Virus record (IMG/VR): IMGVR_UViG_3300027759_000044
Source of the DNA: a virus
Taxonomy: Duplodnaviria > Caudoviricetes
Length of the DNA: 64,000 bases
Reading direction: 5' to 3' (one strand)
The position numbers were made by a program, and so were the translations under genes. Shown here in pieces: positions 19,084 through 27,791 of the stretch (position 1 is its first letter; every line of letters starts with the position of its first letter). The notes under the pieces were generated by a model. It saw nothing but the letters and a program-made list of their open reading frames with translations. It did no database searches and had not been told where the DNA came from.

Positions 19084-19269
19084 ATGAAAAAACCCGGCAA
19101 AGACTTAGTTCGTTATGAAGTATTAACACATGAAGATCCAGACACGGGTGATTTAATGTTGCCTATACCACAGAAGTTATTAGATGAATTGGGTTGGCGT
19201 GAGGGTGATGAGATAGAATTTGCTATAGATGAAAAGGGCAAGTACATCTTAAAACGAGCAAATAAATGA
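19084..19269 (+). CDS. AbrB/MazE/SpoVT-like DNA-binding protein
   Basis: L.IP..LLDELGW.EGD.IEF motif. Confidence 0.75.
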   Translation: MKKPGKDLVRYEVLTHEDPDTGDLMLPIPQKLLDELGWREGDEIEFAIDEKGKYILKRANK

Positions 19270-19664
19270 GTTACCCAAATTACAATAACACTATGATAGG
19301 TGATTCATTCAATACCGATATCGGCGGTACAGTTACCATAGGCACAGTTACTATACCCAATAATACTTCAAACGGGATATATTGGGGTTTAAATGGTACA
19401 TCAAACACTATTATAGCAGATCCTAGCCTTAAAGGCAATTCACTTAGTGTTAAAGGTGATGCTAATTTTGAAGGTGAAGTAACTATTAAGGGTAAAAACT
19501 TATCTGATATGTTAGATAAGATTGAAGAACGATTGGCTATTCTTCACCCAAATCCTGAACTGGAAGATAGATGGGATGAGTTAAAAGAATTGGGCAAACG
19601 CTATAAAAAACTAGAGCAAGAACTACTAGAAAAAGAACGTGTTTGGGCAATCTTAAAAAAGTAA
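19266..19664 (+). CDS. Hypothetical protein
   Basis: ATGA overlap; C-terminal coiled coil. Confidence 0.75.
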   Translation: MSYPNYNNTMIGDSFNTDIGGTVTIGTVTIPNNTSNGIYWGLNGTSNTIIADPSLKGNSLSVKGDANFEGEVTIKGKNLSDMLDKIEERLAILHPNPELEDRWDELKELGKRYKKLEQELLEKERVWAILKK

Positions 19665-19667
19665 AAT

Positions 19668-19696
19668 TTGACAAATAATCCATACTTTGCTATAAT
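19668..19696 (+). promoter_or_regulatory. sigma70 promoter
   Basis: TTGACA-17-TATAAT. Confidence 0.85.
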
Positions 19697-19728
19697 AGAA
19701 ACTGTTTAATAACTATGACCCACACATC

Positions 19729-20121
19729 ATGACCATGCATTTAGAAGGGCCCTGGCTTAGTACCGGTGGTAAACGTAAAGGCAAGATTAAGTTTCGCAAT
19801 AGCGCAGAGGCACAAAAAGCCCGTCAGCTTGATGCCGACTGGAAAGAACTACAGAAAAAATGGGAAGTTGATGCTGATGATAAAAAGCGAAAACGGGCAC
19901 TAGCGGCTGAGCCATTACAATATACATTATCGGCGCCGGCCGGGCGTGAGACAAAACGTATTGCTAGTTTAGATACTGGTCATTCAGGAGCTGTTCGCAC
20001 AAAAGATATTCCACAGTATACAGGTACTAATATTGTTGGGATTTCTACATTACATAAAAGTAATGCGGTTCCAGTTTTTAGTAGGGAAGAAGCGATTGAT
20101 ATATCAAAAATGAGAAGGTAG
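19729..20121 (+). CDS. Hypothetical phage protein
   Basis: C-terminal [16 protein letters not shown] motif recalled from T4-like phages. Confidence 0.8.
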   Translation: MTMHLEGPWLSTGGKRKGKIKFRNSAEAQKARQLDADWKELQKKWEVDADDKKRKRALAAEPLQYTLSAPAGRETKRIASLDTGHSGAVRTKDIPQYTGTNIVGISTLHKSNAVPVFSREEAIDISKMRR

Positions 20122-20122
20122 A

Positions 20123-20335
20123 ATGGCAAAAGAAGAAGGTCTAAGAATGGATGGTACGGTAACTGATGTGTTGCCAAATGCCATGTTCCGTGTCAAAGTT
20201 AATGGCACAAATGTAATAGGTTATATTTCTGGCAAGATGCGCCAGCATGATATTAAAGTTCTACTCGGTGATACAGTAGAATTAGAATTTAGTCCATACG
20301 ACTTAACTAAAGGACGTATTGTACGTAGAAGATAA
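20123..20335 (+). CDS. infA: Translation initiation factor IF-1
   Basis: [17 protein letters not shown]...ISGKMR...[18 protein letters not shown]. Confidence 0.95.
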   Translation: MAKEEGLRMDGTVTDVLPNAMFRVKVNGTNVIGYISGKMRQHDIKVLLGDTVELEFSPYDLTKGRIVRRR

Positions 20336-20338
20336 ATA
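20331..20338 (+). promoter_or_regulatory. Late promoter motif for sugar operon
   Basis: GATAAATA upstream of ATG 20372. Confidence 0.55.
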
Positions 20339-20371
20339 TTTTCTTATCTGTTTTAAACAATATATATATTA

Positions 20372-21256
20372 ATGAAAAAAATTCTAATTACCGGCGGTTG
20401 CGGCTATATTGGTTCCGCACTTTTTACTAAATTTTGTAATAATCCAAATTATCAAGTCACTACGGTTGATGTTGAGTGGTTTGGGAATTTTATAAATCCT
20501 AATAATATCAAACTAGATTTTGGTGTATTAGATGAAAATTTCCTAGACCAATATGATATTATCATCCACGTAGCTGCCAATTCATCAGTTACATTATGTA
20601 AAGATATTAAAGATGCGTATGACAATAATGTCACTAAATTTATAAATCTAGTAAGTAAACTTAAAAAACAAAAATTCATATATGCGAGTAGTTCCTGTGT
20701 ATATGTAACGTCAGATAATCTACCAAAATCAGAAGATGATGTTTTATCTCCTATGGATGGTTTAACTTTTACCAAAACCACAATAGACCAATATATGCCA
20801 TTAACAAATGTTGAATATTACGGTTTAAGATTTGGAAGTGTTAATGGATATAGTCCTAATATGCGTTTAGATTTGATGATTAATTCAATGACTATTTCCG
20901 CAAAAACAAAGGGTGAAGTTAATGTTATGAATGGTTACGCACATAGACCAATACTTTCTACTAATGATTTAGTACGTGCAATTGAAACTATAGTTAACTC
21001 TGATGGGGATAAGCGAGGTGTTTACAACTTAGCATCAGTAAATCATAATATTTTAGACATTGGTAACAAAGTAGCAAAACACACCAATGTTCCGTTAGTA
21101 GATAAGGGTAATAATTTTACATATGATTTTTCTATTAATTCTGAGAAATTTATGAAAGAATTTAATTTTCAGTTCAACGATACCGTTGAGACAATTGTAG
21201 ATAATATATTATCTAACCCACACAATGATAAATGGCAAAAAAGAGATACTAAATGA
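20372..21256 (+). CDS. NAD-dependent epimerase/dehydratase (extended SDR)
   Basis: ITGGCGYIG, YASSSCVY, LRFGSVNG.SP.MR.DL.IN. Confidence 0.88.
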   Translation: MKKILITGGCGYIGSALFTKFCNNPNYQVTTVDVEWFGNFINPNNIKLDFGVLDENFLDQYDIIIHVAANSSVTLCKDIKDAYDNNVTKFINLVSKLKKQKFIYASSSCVYVTSDNLPKSEDDVLSPMDGLTFTKTTIDQYMPLTNVEYYGLRFGSVNGYSPNMRLDLMINSMTISAKTKGEVNVMNGYAHRPILSTNDLVRAIETIVNSDGDKRGVYNLASVNHNILDIGNKVAKHTNVPLVDKGNNFTYDFSINSEKFMKEFNFQFNDTVETIVDNILSNPHNDKWQKRDTK

Positions 21257-22461
21257 ATTTTAAAATAAACGACCACTGTCTAGTATGTAAACATCCGATA
21301 AGTCATCAATTTTTAGATTTATCTGATCAACCTCTAGCTAATTCTTATCACAAAGGTGAGGATTTAGAGAAGTATCCATTAAGGATGAATGTTTGTACTA
21401 ATTGTTGGCATTCGCAATTAACAGTAAGTGTTGAACCATCCAAGATGTTTGAACATTATTTGTATATTAGTGATACCTCAAAAACACTTACAACATATTT
21501 TGAATGGGTCACTGATTATATATTAGACAAATGTAAGCCAAAAAATGTATTAGAAATTGCGTGTAATAGCGGGTTGTTACTAGAAATGTTCCAACAAAGG
21601 GGAATTGAATCATATGGGGTAGATCCTGCTAAAAATATTAGAGAATTAAGTGAAAAAAGAAATCTTAACGTATTTGTAGATTATTGGGATAAAAGATTTA
21701 GTGAAGAATTAAAGCTTACGGTAGGTAAGTTAGATTTAATTCTTGCATTCCACGTATTACCGCATGTTCAAGATCCTAATGATTTCATTGAGAGTTGTAT
21801 TAATGTATTATCTGATACAGGTACTATTTTCATTCAAACTAGTCAATGTGATATGTTATTGAATAATGAATTTGATGTAATATACCATGAACATTCAAGT
21901 TATTTTACAGGTAAATCTATACAAGAATTAGCACATAGACATAACTTATTTGTGTCTAGTATTATAAAGACTGATATACATAGTAAAAGCTTTTTATTCT
22001 CATTACAAAAGGCCCAATGTGATGAGACTCAACTTAGTGAGTTAATTGATTTTGAAACTCAGCACGGGATTTATAGCCTTGAGAAATATCATTCATTTGC
22101 CCAGATAGCAGAAACTAATAAAAATAAGTTACTAGTTGGATTACAGAAACTTAAAGATGAGGGATATTCTATAATTGGATATGGCGCTGCCGCAAAAGGT
22201 AATACGTTATTGAATTATATTGATTTTAAGTTAGATTATATTATAGATGATAGTTATATGAAATGGGGTTATTTAACTCCTGGTCAAGATATAGAAATAC
22301 ATAGTATTGATTTATTGAAGGACAAGTCTTTTGAAAAGATAGTATTTGTTCCTTTAGCTTGGAATTTTTATAAAGAAATTAAAGAAAGAATTACAAATGT
22401 ACGTGACACCAGTAATGATGTGTTTGTAAAGTATTTCCCTGATTATATGGAAGAAAAATGA
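21253..22461 (+). CDS. NDP-sugar C-methyltransferase (Zn-finger plus SAM MTase)
   Basis: CLVC, LDL..QPLAN, C..C..SQL, YHEH.SYF, GYGAAAKGNTLLN, PLAWNF. Confidence 0.9.
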   Translation: MNFKINDHCLVCKHPISHQFLDLSDQPLANSYHKGEDLEKYPLRMNVCTNCWHSQLTVSVEPSKMFEHYLYISDTSKTLTTYFEWVTDYILDKCKPKNVLEIACNSGLLLEMFQQRGIESYGVDPAKNIRELSEKRNLNVFVDYWDKRFSEELKLTVGKLDLILAFHVLPHVQDPNDFIESCINVLSDTGTIFIQTSQCDMLLNNEFDVIYHEHSSYFTGKSIQELAHRHNLFVSSIIKTDIHSKSFLFSLQKAQCDETQLSELIDFETQHGIYSLEKYHSFAQIAETNKNKLLVGLQKLKDEGYSIIGYGAAAKGNTLLNYIDFKLDYIIDDSYMKWGYLTPGQDIEIHSIDLLKDKSFEKIVFVPLAWNFYKEIKERITNVRDTSNDVFVKYFPDYMEEK

Positions 22462-23135
22462 TTAAATTAATTACAGATCATCCTGTTGCCTTAGAAAGTG
22501 ATGACCACATTCACCCTGATGGCATTTATTTAGATAATAATATTAACTATACATTTGTAGAGAATGTAGAAAAATATTTTAATAATACTAAAATAAATAT
22601 GCTTGATTTGGGTTGTGCCGGTGGTGAATTAGTTAGTAGAATGGCTGAACAAGGTCATAACACTGTGGGTTTAGAAGGTTCGGACCATTGTGTAAATGTT
22701 AGAGAAGAGGTAATAAAGCATCATAATACCTCACCATTAGGATTAAAAAATTGGGCCCAATATCACAATAGTAGACTGTTTACATGTGATGTGACTAAGA
22801 AATATCAACTATTATTAAATGATAGTCCAATGAAGTTTGATTTAATAACTTGTTTTGATGTTATGGAGCATTTCCATGAACATGAGTTAGATATGTTTTT
22901 TAAGATGATTCAATATCATTTAAAACCTGAAGGTATATTTGTTGCTAGTATAGCTTTATTTGACCTTATAAAGAATGAGGGAGTTAACTGGCACAAATCA
23001 GTATATCCGAAAGAATGGTGGGTGGAGACAAATTCTAAATATTTAAAAGAAATACCTTATCCGTTTAATATCACTAATAGAGGACAGAATATTCATACTA
23101 GTGGTGTATATGTTTATAGTGGTATGTTAAAGTGA
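22458..23135 (+). CDS. Class I SAM methyltransferase
   Basis: LDLGCAGG, GLEGSD, FDLIT..DVMEH. Confidence 0.85.
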   Translation: MIKLITDHPVALESDDHIHPDGIYLDNNINYTFVENVEKYFNNTKINMLDLGCAGGELVSRMAEQGHNTVGLEGSDHCVNVREEVIKHHNTSPLGLKNWAQYHNSRLFTCDVTKKYQLLLNDSPMKFDLITCFDVMEHFHEHELDMFFKMIQYHLKPEGIFVASIALFDLIKNEGVNWHKSVYPKEWWVETNSKYLKEIPYPFNITNRGQNIHTSGVYVYSGMLK

Positions 23136-24100
23136 TTGTAACATCATGTCCTTTAAGGATATCGTTAGTGGGTGGGTCAACCGATCACCCGCATTTTATT
23201 AATAAGTACGGACACGGATCTGTTATTAGTTTCCCCTCAACATTACGTACATATATAACTATTCACCAAGATATTTTTGGTAGTAATTCTATAGGTAATA
23301 ATTATCATATTAATTATAGTAAACGAGAAACCGTAAAAAAAGTATCTGAAATTCAAAATGAATTAATACGATATTGTTTTGAATATCTTAATGTAGATAA
23401 AATGAATTGTAGTTTGACTTCAGATATTTATAGTTCTGGTTCAGGGTTAGCGGCAAGTTCTTCTTATTTACAAGCTTTAATAAAAGCCATATATGTATTG
23501 CGTGAAGAACATATAACTGAATTTGAAGTATGTAAAATAGCAGAGATTATTGAAAGAAATTTTAATCCATTGGTAGGACAACAAGATTTCTATGGAAGTA
23601 CCGGCGGATTGAAACGCATAGATTTTTATAAAAACACTGATCCGTCAATACGTTATTTAAGCACAAACATATTCAAACAATTAAACATATATTTACTATA
23701 TACAGGAGTATTACGCAGTAGTACCAATATATTAGAAAGTATAGATATAGACAAATCAATACCTCTATTACAGGATGTTGAAGATTTAGAAATTGCTATA
23801 AACAATTGTGATATTGAAAAGTTTGGTAACGTTATAAATCGTGGTTGGGAAAATAAAAAAGCTACCAGTAATTTAATATGTGGATCGCCCGCACTTTTAG
23901 AATTAGATAATAAACTTAAAAATGATTCTAACATATTAGCACACAAATTATGTGGTGCCGGCAATGGTGGATATTTTCTAATTTTTACTAATTTCAATAG
24001 TGGATTTGATCCAACTAAATATGATATGTTGAAATCCATCAGCATATCAGAGACCGGATTAAAATATATTAATTTAAAAAATGAATTTACAAAACTTTAA
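23132..24100 (+). CDS. hddA: GHMP kinase, HddA-like heptose-7-phosphate kinase
   Basis: PLRISLVGGSTD, GSGLAASS, G.QDFY, KLCGAGNGGY. Confidence 0.8.
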   Translation: MIVTSCPLRISLVGGSTDHPHFINKYGHGSVISFPSTLRTYITIHQDIFGSNSIGNNYHINYSKRETVKKVSEIQNELIRYCFEYLNVDKMNCSLTSDIYSSGSGLAASSSYLQALIKAIYVLREEHITEFEVCKIAEIIERNFNPLVGQQDFYGSTGGLKRIDFYKNTDPSIRYLSTNIFKQLNIYLLYTGVLRSSTNILESIDIDKSIPLLQDVEDLEIAINNCDIEKFGNVINRGWENKKATSNLICGSPALLELDNKLKNDSNILAHKLCGAGNGGYFLIFTNFNSGFDPTKYDMLKSISISETGLKYINLKNEFTKL

Positions 24101-24578
24101 ATCTTGCCTTGATAATATAAAGCAAGATGACCTATCTAAATTAAAACAATACGTTCTTGGTGCCAAAAACATAATCATTCTAGGTAACGGTGGTAGTAAC
24201 GCTATTAGCTGTCATCTAGCACAAGATTATACAAAAGCATTGGGAATTAAAACCATAGCATTCGGAGATAGTTCCAGAATGAGTTGTTACGCAAATGACT
24301 ATGGATGGGATAATGCCTATACCAAATTTTTAGAACATTTTGCTGATTCTGATACCATGGTGATATTGATATCATCTTCTGGTAATTCTCAAAATATACT
24401 CAATGCGGCTGAATATTGTGTAGGTAAACATGGTATGATTACTTTATCCGGATTTAATCCTGACAATAAATTAAAAACAAAATATGGTTCACCCTCTTTA
24501 TTAAATTTTTATATTCCCAGTAATGATTATGGGGTGGTGGAAATACTTCACGAACTCATTTTACATTCTGTCATATGA
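24081..24578 (+). CDS. gmhA: SIS-domain phosphoheptose isomerase (GmhA-like)
   Basis: GNGGS.A...H...D, ANDYG, ISSSGNS.NI..A, E..HE..LH. Confidence 0.8.
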   Translation: MNLQNFKSCLDNIKQDDLSKLKQYVLGAKNIIILGNGGSNAISCHLAQDYTKALGIKTIAFGDSSRMSCYANDYGWDNAYTKFLEHFADSDTMVILISSSGNSQNILNAAEYCVGKHGMITLSGFNPDNKLKTKYGSPSLLNFYIPSNDYGVVEILHELILHSVI

Positions 24579-25327
24579 AGTCTACTATTATAACACACTT
24601 TTTTAATGAAGAATATCTATTGCCGTGGTGGTTAGAACATCATAAGAAGATATTTGATTATGGGATATTAATTGATTATGCTTCTACAGATAATTCAGTA
24701 AATATCATAAAAGAAATATGTCCAAATTGGTTAGTTATTCCTAGTATTCATAAAGAATTTGATTCAAAATTACAAAATGATGAAATACAGTATTGGGAAA
24801 ACCGTATAGAAGGTTGGCGTATTGCGTTAAATATAACTGAATTTTTAGTAGGAAATGTTAGTGATAAGTTTATAACGTCTCACCAAAGATTACAATATTT
24901 AATCCCAAGTATTAGCTTTTTTGATTGGGATCCTAGTGGAAGTTTAGATAGAGCCAAACCATTATGGGAGCAAAAGAAGTATGGGGTTTCTTATGAAACC
25001 GATTTCCATAATCTTCCCGGTAGATGGTCTAGAAGTTTACATAATTTCAATGATATAGTATATGAGCGAGGTAGACATTTTACACAGGGCTGGAATACTG
25101 TAAATCCATTAATTTTTCATTATGCCAATTGTATATCTAGTCCCGAAATGTTATCCAGAAGATTAAATTTACAGACAAAAATATCAATGGGTGATATACA
25201 AAATCATAGGGGCTGGCAACATACCAATTTTGGTAGAGGGCTTACAGTAGAATCAGTGATTGAATATAATAATTCCCATGCTCATAAAGTATCAGATTGT
25301 TCTAATTTCATAAATAGTGTAACTTAA
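24575..25327 (+). CDS. GT-A (GT2-like) glycosyltransferase
   Basis: HFFNEE.LLPWWL.HH, IDYASTD.S, end of sugar operon. Confidence 0.7.
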   Translation: MKSTIITHFFNEEYLLPWWLEHHKKIFDYGILIDYASTDNSVNIIKEICPNWLVIPSIHKEFDSKLQNDEIQYWENRIEGWRIALNITEFLVGNVSDKFITSHQRLQYLIPSISFFDWDPSGSLDRAKPLWEQKKYGVSYETDFHNLPGRWSRSLHNFNDIVYERGRHFTQGWNTVNPLIFHYANCISSPEMLSRRLNLQTKISMGDIQNHRGWQHTNFGRGLTVESVIEYNNSHAHKVSDCSNFINSVT

Positions 25328-25356
25328 AAGTCTTAGATTAGATTGATAAATACTCA

Positions 25357-25911
25357 ATGCGTGACATTATTACATTGCTTGAGGACAAGGCTAAACCTCA
25401 AGATATAGAAATTATACCACTAAACTTCACAGCAAGTGAGGTTAAACCTGTATTAAGCCAAGATACCTTAGACCTACATTACGGTAAATTAGCCCATGGG
25501 TATGCTGAACGCTACAATAAGGGTGAAGGTGACAAAGATTTTAATTATGCAGGTGCTTTCTTACATAACACATTATTCCCCCAATTCCGTGAAGTTAGAA
25601 ATAACAACAAACCAAACGGCCCTATGTACGGATTTATCAATAAGCATTATAAAACGTATGACGATATGAAGTTAAAGTTTGAAGAAGAAGCAATGAAGAT
25701 TCAGGGATCAGGTTGGATCTATCTTGCGTATGACGGTAGTATAAAAACAATCAAAAACCATGAAGTAAGAAATGATATTCTACTATTGATAGATTGGTGG
25801 GAACATGCTTGGATACTTGATTACGGTGCAGACAAGAAAAAGTATTTAAAAGAGCAATGGAAAATCATCAATTGGAATGTAATTAACACAAGATGGGGCC
25901 GAAGTTTATGA
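25357..25911 (+). CDS. Fe/Mn superoxide dismutase
   Basis: TL.LHY..L.HGY, A.LH...F, GSGW, D.WEHAW..DY. Confidence 0.92.
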   Translation: MRDIITLLEDKAKPQDIEIIPLNFTASEVKPVLSQDTLDLHYGKLAHGYAERYNKGEGDKDFNYAGAFLHNTLFPQFREVRNNNKPNGPMYGFINKHYKTYDDMKLKFEEEAMKIQGSGWIYLAYDGSIKTIKNHEVRNDILLLIDWWEHAWILDYGADKKKYLKEQWKIINWNVINTRWGRSL

Positions 25912-26234
25912 TAGAAATAACAGAGAATGCTACTATAAAGATAGCGGATATTTTAGCAGAGGAAAACAACCCAAAAGCTAGAATACGTGTGTTTGTTCAA
26001 GGTGGCGGATGTAGTGGAATGCAGTATGGTTTCACTATAGATGAAGAACAAAATGAAGATGATTTTGAGATACCCGCAGGATCATTAAGTATGTTAGTAG
26101 ACAGTATTTCAGCACAATATTTACAGAATGCCAGCATAGATTATGTTGAGGATTTGAACGGATCGCAGTTCAAAATCAGTAATCCCAATGCGGCAACAAC
26201 CTGCGGATGCGGGAGTAGTTTTAGTCCAACCTGA
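25908..26234 (+). CDS. erpA: A-type Fe-S carrier (ErpA/IscA/HesB)
   Basis: GGGCSG.QYGF and TCGCGSSF. Confidence 0.85.
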   Translation: MIEITENATIKIADILAEENNPKARIRVFVQGGGCSGMQYGFTIDEEQNEDDFEIPAGSLSMLVDSISAQYLQNASIDYVEDLNGSQFKISNPNAATTCGCGSSFSPT

Positions 26235-26283
26235 TGATATTACATTTAGTCCTTATTGATAAATACATAATAAGGATTAAATT

Positions 26284-27771
26284 ATGGCAATTTCAGGACT
26301 ACAGACTATACAAGTAGGATTACAGAATGAATCTACGGGTAGTGACAGCCTATATACAGCATTTACTAAAACAAGAGACAACTTTGGTATACTAGCAAAT
26401 ACCGCCAGTCCTTACAATACATTTACCAGTGGGACTGGTATTAATGCTAATGCCAACGCTACCACGAATACTGTAACAATAACAAATATTGGTGTAACTA
26501 GTATTATTGCCGGCAATAATATAACTGTTAGTAGTTCAAACGGAAATGTAACTATATCATCAACTATTAGTAACTCTACTGCTAGCGGTTCTAACACACA
26601 AATTCAATTTAATGATGCGGGAATATTAAGTGGCAATACTAATTTCACTTTCAATAAAACTACTGGGGTTTTTTCAGCATTATATTTGGCAGGAAATGGT
26701 AACGGGTTATCAAATATACAAGGTGCTAATGTTTCCGGTGCGGTAACATACGCAACTACAGCCAATTCAGTAGCAGGTGCTAACGTTTCTGGACAAGTAG
26801 GCAATTCATTAATTGCTGGTACAGTATATACTGCGGCACAACCAAATATTACATCAGTTGGTACATTAACAAGTTTAAGTGTTACCGGTAATATATCCGG
26901 TGGTAATATTAATGTTTCAAATGGTCGTTCAAATGTAACCGGTACTGCTAATACGGTTGGCGGTGGTGCGACAGTTGGGGTAAGTAGTATATTAGCAATT
27001 GATTCAGCATTTGGTAGCAATGACGCAAATGATCCAGCAAGCGCACAAGCAGTACGTGGTCGTGTAACAGGTAGCAATCTAACTAAAACACGTAATTATG
27101 TAGCCGGTGTTACCGGTCAATACTTAGTAACTGGTACTAATGCAAGCGAATTTATTAACACTGGTTTACTTGGTGTTGTAGGGGACCAAACAACTACAGC
27201 AAATGCGGCTGTTGTTGCTTACTTAGACGGTGACGGCGGATTGACTACTGCTGGTTCAGCATATGGTGTCAGTATGAAAAACTCAACTCCTGGCTCAGGA
27301 TTTGATTACGGTCTTGACTTGCAATTCATTAATTTAAATGTAGCGGGAACGACCACTCCATTCAAGCAAGCAGATATTCGTTTTAATAACGGTGTAGAAC
27401 TTGTTGCTAATGTAGCGAACACAATAAGTATAGGCGCTAACCTCACAGTTACAGGCACTACGAGTACTGGTGTATTATCATTAAACAGTAGTGAAGATTT
27501 AGCAGATGCCGCGGCAGTTAATTTATTAGTTACAGCAAGTTATTTTACAACAGTAGCCGCAGAGACTGCAACATTGGCTGCTGGTACAGCAGGACAAATT
27601 AAAACATTTATGATGGTTAGTTCAGGGGGCAACATGGTTATTACTGTGACTAATCCTGGATGGGGAGGTTCAGGTACAATGACATTTAGCAACACCGGCG
27701 ATTCATGTACACTACAATATATAGCAAGCAAGTGGTTTTGTATAGGTAATAATGGTGCAATATTTGCTTAA
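26284..27771 (+). CDS. Tail-fibre/baseplate-attached structural protein
   Basis: N-terminal I.VG...E.TG.D.L..AF.K...NF resembling T4 gp9/gp10 attachment motif; G/N/T/A rich; late promoter at 26258. Confidence 0.7.
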   Translation: MAISGLQTIQVGLQNESTGSDSLYTAFTKTRDNFGILANTASPYNTFTSGTGINANANATTNTVTITNIGVTSIIAGNNITVSSSNGNVTISSTISNSTASGSNTQIQFNDAGILSGNTNFTFNKTTGVFSALYLAGNGNGLSNIQGANVSGAVTYATTANSVAGANVSGQVGNSLIAGTVYTAAQPNITSVGTLTSLSVTGNISGGNINVSNGRSNVTGTANTVGGGATVGVSSILAIDSAFGSNDANDPASAQAVRGRVTGSNLTKTRNYVAGVTGQYLVTGTNASEFINTGLLGVVGDQTTTANAAVVAYLDGDGGLTTAGSAYGVSMKNSTPGSGFDYGLDLQFINLNVAGTTTPFKQADIRFNNGVELVANVANTISIGANLTVTGTTSTGVLSLNSSEDLADAAAVNLLVTASYFTTVAAETATLAAGTAGQIKTFMMVSSGGNMVITVTNPGWGGSGTMTFSNTGDSCTLQYIASKWFCIGNNGAIFA

Positions 27772-27791
27772 AGATATCAGGGAATAAAAAA

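Noticed and set aside
19084-19664. Type II toxin-antitoxin pair (AbrB-like plus downstream gene)
   Set aside because: The downstream protein shows no PIN, MazF or RelE features.
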